The position numbers and the translations under genes were made by a program. Below are positions 57,034 to 64,000 of a DNA stretch of 64,000 nt, one piece after another (positions within the stretch are counted from its first letter, which is position 1; the number at the start of each line of letters is the position of its first letter). The DNA comes from Nitrosopumilus sp. GTDB lineage: Archaea > Thermoproteota > Nitrososphaeria > Nitrososphaerales > Nitrosopumilaceae. The notes below the pieces were generated by a model. It did not search any database. It was not told the origin of the DNA and saw nothing but the letters and a program-made list of their open reading frames with translations. The stretch covers positions 224,001-288,000 of the forward strand of contig CBDBGZ010000009.1 of assembly GCA_965205425.1 (NCBI GenBank). The letters are read 5' to 3'.

Positions 57034-57291
57034 TTAGGGATGGAATTTACCTAATCGCCTTGATTTTTTAATTAATTTACCAATAAAATATACAATAGGC
57101 CACCAGAATAATATGTTGGAGATGACGATCAATCCAGAATAAATAAACCAACTATGTGGAAATGTCTGTTCATAGTAAAAAAATGGTGCAGATAATGTTG
57201 CCCATATTAAATTTGCGCCAAAATTTGAAAATAATATAATTTGAGATTCAATTCCTGTATGAAATAAAATACCTAGACTATAATTTACCAT
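57034..57291 (-). CDS. Small membrane partner protein
   Basis: Hydrophobic helices; downstream of 57357 after a T-rich spacer; start uncertain. Confidence 0.65.
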   Translation of the reverse strand: MVNYSLGILFHTGIESQIILFSNFGANLIWATLSAPFFYYEQTFPHSWFIYSGLIVISNILFWWPIVYFIGKLIKKSRRLGKFHP

Positions 57292-57356
57292 TCCATATGC
57301 AAGTGGTATTAGATATACTAATTTTGATTTTTTAATGTTAAAAAAAGAGAAAAAGT

Positions 57357-58283
57357 CTAAGATATTGACACCTTAGATAATCCAGGATTGGTATCAATTA
57401 TATCCATCATGTGATTCCAAGTATTACTTACATAGATTGTTTGACCAGGTGTGTATGTTTTAGTTATTGTTCCATGACAGCCAGGTGCATTAATGGAACC
57501 AATAAAACATCCATAATCATTAGATGCACTCCAAGTGTTGTCAAATTCTATTTGATTATTGTTCTTGATGGTAAATATTTCTATATCATATATTCTGTCA
57601 TATAATTCCATTCTAAGGCCATCATACAAATCATCAATTAATGGATGATCTTCATCTGTAAAATATAACACAAATGTTCGTTCACAAGTGCTAGAATTAT
57701 CATAGTATGTGTGACCATACATGTTATTATCACCTTCAAATGTGTATAACCAGAACGCACCGCCATCAATGTCTAGACGTAGTTGTTTGTATGTTGGATT
57801 TGTAGTACTTGAACATGCGGCACTTGCACTAGGAATTCCAAACCAATCTAGAAAACTAACATCTATCCTATCTGCATAATCTGACTCTTGTAATATTTTT
57901 AATCTCTCGTCTTTTATTGTTTCATCAAAGATATAATTTTTTACAGCTGCAACCTCTACATCAGTCAGGTTTCTAGTTTCTGAATCCACACGGGCTTGTT
58001 CAATTACTAGTCCAAAGAACTCGTCATATTCTGCCTTGATTTCATTAGATTTTGCTTGAAAATCTTTTGTATCTGCATCATCTATTAATTCTCGAATATC
58101 CTCTTTGAACTCTTGTTTTGTTAGTTCATCAACAACTCCAACTGGTCCTACCTCATCTGTAGAATCCTCACCTGGTCCATTTTGAGCATCTGCAAAATCC
58201 ATCATACTAAACGGCAGAATCATCATACCAATTATTCCAGCAAACAAGAAAGTCATTTTTTGATTATTTTTTGTATAATTCAT
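57357..58283 (-). CDS. Secreted protein of the G[PS]VG-leader family with NPP1-like C-terminal motif
   Basis: AQNGPGEDSTDEVGPVGVV; DEDHP..D.LYD..R...Y.RIYDIE..IYVSNTWNHMM; NPP1 resemblance is weak. Confidence 0.8.
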   Translation of the reverse strand: MNYTKNNQKMTFLFAGIIGMMILPFSMMDFADAQNGPGEDSTDEVGPVGVVDELTKQEFKEDIRELIDDADTKDFQAKSNEIKAEYDEFFGLVIEQARVDSETRNLTDVEVAAVKNYIFDETIKDERLKILQESDYADRIDVSFLDWFGIPSASAACSSTTNPTYKQLRLDIDGGAFWLYTFEGDNNMYGHTYYDNSSTCERTFVLYFTDEDHPLIDDLYDGLRMELYDRIYDIEIFTIKNNNQIEFDNTWSASNDYGCFIGSINAPGCHGTITKTYTPGQTIYVSNTWNHMMDIIDTNPGLSKVSIS

Positions 58284-58573
58284 GTTCTTGAATCCCATGC
58301 AAAATTAGTAGTATTTACACTGTACTATCGTTCCAGTAATACATAACAACTTGAAATGGAACAATCCTGGAACAATACATGAAATACACTAGAATAAAAT
58401 TAAATTTCATGGTATCCTTATGATGATTCTATACAGTACTGTATGAGGAGAAACTCAAATGTGCAATATGTGTTGCAAGTTCAAATGGAACAACATATGC
58501 AATTTCAGACAGTTATGCAGACCTGGGATTTTCAAATTAAAAATTAAAAGAAAATTAACTTTCAGCATGTGTA

Positions 58574-59787
58574 TACCTCGGAGCATAATTCTTTGCAATT
58601 TTTCAAAACAAATAGCAATACTTTTTGATCAGTAGTTAGAAATAATTTCATGGACATCACAAATGACGAGTTACTCCAGGCCTACAAAAAAGAAAAAAAT
58701 ATTCACAAAAAAACAAGATTACATGCAATGTGTATTATTAAAATCAATAAATCTACAATTGCTGAAACTGCCAACCAAATGTTTTGTACCTACAATTCTG
58801 TAAGGAACTGGCTTGATTCATTTGAAAAATATGGATTGGAGGACCCCCCCCCCTCGTTCTGGCCGTCCACCATTAATCTCACATAAAACATTACAAAAGA
58901 TAGAGCAGGAATTTAAGAGAATTTCAGACGGCATGACTCCAAAGAAACTGATACAATTCATATTTTACAGAACACGCATTACATAGCAAATCACTCATGT
59001 GCGTCGTTTGATGCACAAATGGAATCTAAAACCAAAGGTTCGACAAAAGGTATAGCGAAAAGATAAAGTTCATGAACTAAATAATTTCAAAAAACTAGAA
59101 ATCAATTGATCTTACCTATAGGTAAATACGAATAAACAAATTGAAACACCTAAAAAATAACTCACGAACTTATGCTTCTCGCTATACATGTGCGAGCAGC
59201 ATCCAAGGATACATGCCGCAAGTGGAATAGTCGCATCATTTCACGCATAGAAAAGGCAAAAAAGAATGGTTTTACAGTATTCATCCAAGACGAATCAGTA
59301 TTTGTAGACGATGTGCGTCTTGGCAAAAAATACTGGACAGATGCACACCAAAGAATGATTGTACGTTGGAGAGGATCGCACCAAAGATTTTTGGTTTATG
59401 GAAATGATGATAATCAAAGTTTTTTTAGATCGTATGAAAAATTTAATTCAATTGCATTTATAGATTATTTGGAAGCAGCTCGTAGAAAATTTGGAAAAAT
59501 ATTTGTTATCGTCGATAGAGCACCGCAACACAAAGCTAATGATGTAAAAAATATCTGCGTAAAAACAAAGCTGTCAAACTGGCATATCTTCCAAGAGGGT
59601 CTCCACATTTGAGTATGATTGAAGAGATTTGGAGACAGTGCAAACATGTTAATGTTGAATCAGAATTTTATGAATCTATTCATGAGATGAGGTATACAGT
59701 TATGGAATATTTTAGAACGCACAAATTTAATTTGAATATGTATCAGTATTTTGCAAGAACAATAAATTGAAAAGACTTATGATCTGG
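58574..59787 (+). mobile_element. IS630-family type D, degenerate, carrying a MITE
   Basis: Left end intact; frameshifts and a stop; right end cut by type B. Confidence 0.92.
59053..59184. mobile_element. 132-bp MITE (IS630-like, TA duplication)
   Basis: Imperfect 27-bp IR TAGCGAAAAGATAAAGTTCATGAACTA; interrupts AAGG-TA-CATG of type D. Confidence 0.9.
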
Positions 59788-61906
59788 GGCCTTGTAGAAA
59801 CCATCTGATTTTAACCCAATTGTGATACATTTTAGCTAATTTAGATCCATTAGGATTGTATTTGCAGATTACAGTATGGTCTCATCATACGTCAAAATGT
59901 GCAAAACACTACTCAATATAATCACCAGATGCAGAATTCCCAGGTTCTTACATCCAAAATCAAATCATATCTATTCTGTTTGGACACATCTCATACTCTT
60001 GACAATACGACAGTACGAATCAAAGAGTTATAGAAGATTTACAGAATTTTTAGAAGAATGTGTAGGAATTCAGGAATATCTTGGTTTGTATGCCATTCCA
60101 CATTACACCACACTACAAAAGGCAGCTGCAAGACTGGAAGGAAATCTGTTACATAAAATGTTGCAGGAATTCATTTTGTACAAAAAAGTCAGACTGGTTC
60201 TAGCTGGAATTGATGGTAGCGGATTCAGTTACAGTACAGCATCATACTATTATACAAAAAGAGTACAGTTACGCAGGAATTTCCTAAAAGTTGTTGTTTG
60301 TGCTGACATGAATACACAGCTTGTTTGCTGTGTCATGACACACCACAACATGCAACATGATAATCCTGATTTTCTGCCATTGTTGTATAGTTTAGGCATA
60401 TAAATTTTGAATAAACTGTCAAGTATTTTAACTCAAAAGATCTAGATCGTAGAATCAATTCATGAAACCATGTCAAAGAGTACAAGACAATCCAAGGTTT
60501 CCTCTGGAAATCAATTCATGAAAGGTACAAGCATTAATTTTTTAAGAAAAGTATGCAAGAATGAAAAAAATGCAAAAGCAAAGATAAGATTAAAGGCTGC
60601 AATACTAAGAAAACAAAATATTCCGTATTCTGTGATATGTGCAAGTCTGGATGTCATACCATCAACTCTGTCCTACTGGCTAAATCGAATGGATGAAGAG
60701 GGAATATCTGCATCACACCGCAAGAAATATTCTGGTTCTAGATGTTTTCTAAATGAAAAACAGCTAGTATCATTAAGAAATGATCTAATTTCAGGTCCAG
60801 AAAAGTTTGGATTTAACCAATTCATGTGGAGTACAAGAATGGTAATTACACATGTGAATAAAAAATACAACACCCTATACTCTGCAAGAGGAATGCGTGA
60901 ATTGCTGCACAGAATTGGATTCTCATCAAAAAAACCACGTCCCACACATCACAAATCAGCCTCAAAAGAGGAACAAACCCGTTTTAAAAAAACGCAAAAA
61001 GGAGTATCAAAAAATATTCCAAATTGGGATACACCACACTATGTCTGGATGAGTCAACAAACAAGATAGCACCTAACATAAAGCGCGGATGGTATCTTGC
61101 AGGCAATAACATTACCACACCAATTAATTACACTCGAGAAAAATTTCAATCATTTGGTGCATTGGGGGATGACGGCGTATTTTTTTGTAGGTTCTATGAT
61201 AAATCAAACACAGACTCATTTCTTGATTTTTTAGAATCACTGCAGAAACAATTTGGCAAGAAACTGTTATTATTTGCAGACAATGCATCATACCACAAAA
61301 GTGTCAGAGTAAAAGAATTTCTCAAGAAATCAAAAAGAAATGTAATCATAAGATATTTTCCTGCATACACCCCAGAACTCAATCCAATTGAGGTACAGTG
61401 GAGAGAAGAGAAAAATGGTAATGCCAATACATTCTTTGCAAATGGAACTGAGATGAGAAAACACATGCAGAAGAGACTAGATAATGGAGACGTTCGAGTT
61501 GTTAAAATATTCAAATATTTAATGCCTTAACTATACAAAACCAACAATATTGTTCCAGTTGATATTGTGTTAGGTGACATGGGTTTTGATGATGAGAATA
61601 ACCATGTTGGTGCAGAACAGATCAACACAGCTGCAATAATTCCAACTCGATATGGAACAGTTCCAATTTACAGAACCAGCGGAATTCACAGAAAGGAGAT
61701 GAAGAGGAACTTTCCTGTACAATTGTACCATCAGAGAAACAAATCTGAAACAATCTTTTTTGTGATCAAACAGATAATGTCAGGAGATGTCACATCAAGA
61801 AATGTTACAACTCAGGACAATGAGATGTTGTACAGGTTAATTGCATACAATGCTTACAGGATTAGAAAATTAGATTTTGTTATTTTATCATGGTTTCTAC
61901 AAGGCC
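59788..61906 (+). mobile_element. IS5-family type B, copy 3, interrupted by IS630 type E
   Basis: Both 17-bp TIRs; halves rejoin at TA 60386-87 / 61534-35. Confidence 0.93.
60388..61533 (+). mobile_element. IS630-family type E, copy 2 (1146 bp)
   Basis: Same ends and two-ORF layout as 32626-33771; TA duplication. Confidence 0.95.
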
Positions 61907-62166
61907 ATTGGAATAGTTCTTTTATGAGTGGTTTTAACCAATTCTTCTTTTTTTGCAATTGATAGTAGATTGACAAGAGTATTGTATGCAACCTCCTTTG
62001 TCTTATAACCTGAAAGTATACTGATATGGTATTTGTCTAAAATTTCAGAAACGGTAAATATGCTACCGACAAATTCTTTGGATAATATCAACTGAAGTTT
62101 TTCAGGAATTTTGGTATCTGATTTTGGAGTGACTGATATCACCTCATATGTTGTAGCCGTTCTCAT
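61907..62166 (-). pseudogene. Hypothetical wHTH-like protein truncated by IS
   Basis: ORF terminates inside the TIR. Confidence 0.5.
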
Positions 62167-62257
62167 AGAAATAGAATATTTGTTTTGTTAAATAAATATG
62201 ATGAAAAAGGATGATTAAAAAAACATTTAATATCCAAATTCAGCCTTGAGGATTGTT

Positions 62258-62334
62258 GCAGTTATAGTACAGTCTGGTTAGTACTCGTGCTTGCCAAGTA
62301 CGTGACCCGGGTTCAAATCCCGGTAACTGCACCA
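62258..62334 (+). tRNA. tRNA-Gly(GCC), CCA encoded
   Basis: GCAGTTA/TAACTGC acceptor, CGTGC-TTGCCAA-GTACG anticodon arm. Confidence 0.95.
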
Positions 62335-62341
62335 CTTTTCA

Positions 62342-62767
62342 TTAGTTTTTTGGGATTAATGCATTATGAATTATCTCAAGAGCATCTTGAGCTTTTTCTG
62401 GACGTGGTAATTGAATCATAAACACGTTATCTTTTCCATAATTTGATTTTGGGGAGGAAAGTGCAAGCATAGATGTTTTTGCAAGTGCTTCAAAAAATTC
62501 AAGATGAGTTTTTGCATTTATGAGATATTTTTCAACAATGTTTCCTTTTGAGAATGTTAAAGTTACTTCAACAAAAACATTGCCTAATCCATCTTGTAAA
62601 ATATTCAAATCAGTGTTAATAGACAAATATTGTCCAGCAACTTTTGACAACATCTCATCATATTTTTTCTCATCTAGTTCAATACAAGGAGTTTCCTTTC
62701 CATCAAAATCAAAAGTAGTGATACCAGGATGTACTTGATCTAAGAATCTCTTTAATTCATCAGACAT
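62342..62767 (-). CDS. Hypothetical protein
   Basis: ORF track; overlaps the antiporter stop. Confidence 0.75.
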   Translation of the reverse strand: MSDELKRFLDQVHPGITTFDFDGKETPCIELDEKKYDEMLSKVAGQYLSINTDLNILQDGLGNVFVEVTLTFSKGNIVEKYLINAKTHLEFFEALAKTSMLALSSPKSNYGKDNVFMIQLPRPEKAQDALEIIHNALIPKN

Positions 62768-64000
62768 CTTTTTCTTCTAAAGCCGGAATTATTTTGTCAC
62801 CTGCTTTCATTAAAAATGGAGAAAGAAATGCAGTGATTATAGAGATAATACCAACTAATGGGAATAAGAAAGCACTAACTGCACCAATATCTACACCAAC
62901 CTTGATAATGACAATAGAGAATTCTCCTCTTGGAGCACCCAGGGTAAATGCAGAACGAAGTGCCTTTCCACGTCTTTGTCTGAAAATTATATTGCCAAGC
63001 ATGTTTCCTCCAAATTTCATTCCAGTGGCAACTGCAATCAATGCGATAGCTAGAAAAATATAATTTTCAAGTTGGGAAACATCCATCAAAGCACCAACTG
63101 AGATAAAGAATATCGCCACAAACATATCCTTGATAGGACTAGCAAGTAATTTTGCAACTTCGGCAGATTTAGATTCAGCAACTAAAACTCCAGCTAAAAA
63201 GGCTCCAATTGCGACTGACAATCCAACAATATTTGCAAATAACGCATATCCAAAGCAAACACCCAATACACTAAGAAGTAAAATTTCACGATGTTCTGCT
63301 GCTGCAACTCTATCAATTAGTGGAGGAATTACACGAGTTCCTACAGTAAACGTACCAACAATTAGGCCAGTAGCAACCAATACAACTACAATAATAGATT
63401 CAATGGATACAGTACCAACCAGTGCAACAGATTGTAATGTAGAAATTAGAATAACTGCAATGACGTCCTCTACAATCAAAATACCAAGAACTAGAATCGA
63501 TGATTCTTTTTTGATCTTGCCCATCTCTTCTAAGAGTTTGACAATGATTGCAGTACTGGATATAGACAATGCTGCTGAAATAAACAACGCATCCATGAAT
63601 TCTAATCCAAGTGCACTTGCAGTGTAGAATAAAACACCTAGAGTTGAAAATAATCCTATAGTTCCAACTCCCACAGCTACACGGCCAATACTTTTGATTT
63701 TGGCATATGGAAATTCTATACCAATGACAAAAAGAAGTAAAATGACACCAATTTCTGCAAAAAGATTCAAAGCAGAAACATCAGATAAAATCCCAACACC
63801 ACCTATAGCGTCAATAGGGGGACCACCTTCAGGTAAGACCCAAGTCCAAATATCAGAAAAAGGCCCAATCAACATCCCTGCAAAAAGATAACCAATGATC
63901 AAAGGTTGTTTAATTTTAAAAAACGCTAAAGTAACAACTGCACCAATTATCATAATAAATGCTAAATCAGTAACAAAAGTTGTGTGAGGTAATTCAGGAG
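62760..64000 (-). CDS. Cation:proton antiporter (CPA2/Kef-like); 5' end outside window
   Basis: GYLFAGMLIGP, AEIGVILLLFVIGIE, SSTAII, GILIVED, PRGEFS. Confidence 0.93.
   Translation of the reverse strand, partial: PELPHTTFVTDLAFIMIIGAVVTLAFFKIKQPLIIGYLFAGMLIGPFSDIWTWVLPEGGPPIDAIGGVGILSDVSALNLFAEIGVILLLFVIGIEFPYAKIKSIGRVAVGVGTIGLFSTLGVLFYTASALGLEFMDALFISAALSISSTAIIVKLLEEMGKIKKESSILVLGILIVEDVIAVILISTLQSVALVGTVSIESIIVVVLVATGLIVGTFTVGTRVIPPLIDRVAAAEHREILLLSVLGVCFGYALFANIVGLSVAIGAFLAGVLVAESKSAEVAKLLASPIKDMFVAIFFISVGALMDVSQLENYIFLAIALIAVATGMKFGGNMLGNIIFRQRRGKALRSAFTLGAPRGEFSIVIIKVGVDIGAVSAFLFPLVGIISIITAFLSPFLMKAGDKIIPALEEKDV

Noticed and set aside
42829..62334. att-site duplications defining integrated elements at tRNA-Glu or tRNA-Gly
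   Set aside because: The islands abut the tRNA 5' sides, but I found no repeated tRNA fragment and no integrase

Overview
AT-rich archaeal DNA, most likely from Nitrosopumilaceae (Thaumarchaeota), judged from recalled similarity of the core genes. Short intact core blocks (uvrA/uvrB to glycerate kinase 1-8.35 kb; FMN reductase/ppa 33.8-36 kb; tRNA-Glu/endA/rpl10e 42.8-45 kb; tRNA-Gly/antiporter 62.2-64 kb) separate three decaying accessory islands. By my tally about 25 kb (~40% of the window) is insertion sequence: IS110, several IS5-like types, two IS630 types, IS481, ISH3-like, IS66 and IS1595 remnants, and a MITE. Highlights: (1) three IS110/IS1111-type variants whose 3' non-coding ends fold like bridge/seek RNAs, with guide segments that co-vary with each element's own insertion site, one variant apparently targeting another's left junction; (2) a family of secreted proteins sharing a promoter, leader and G[PS]VG motif but with unrelated C-termini, each followed by a small partner gene; (3) a virus-like remnant with atypical tRNAs, including a long-variable-arm G73 tRNA with a GAA anticodon, flanking a highly base-paired non-coding segment; (4) an HTH-nucleotidyltransferase / GTPase / GAP1-like operon. 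All family calls come from motif recognition by eye; no searches were run.
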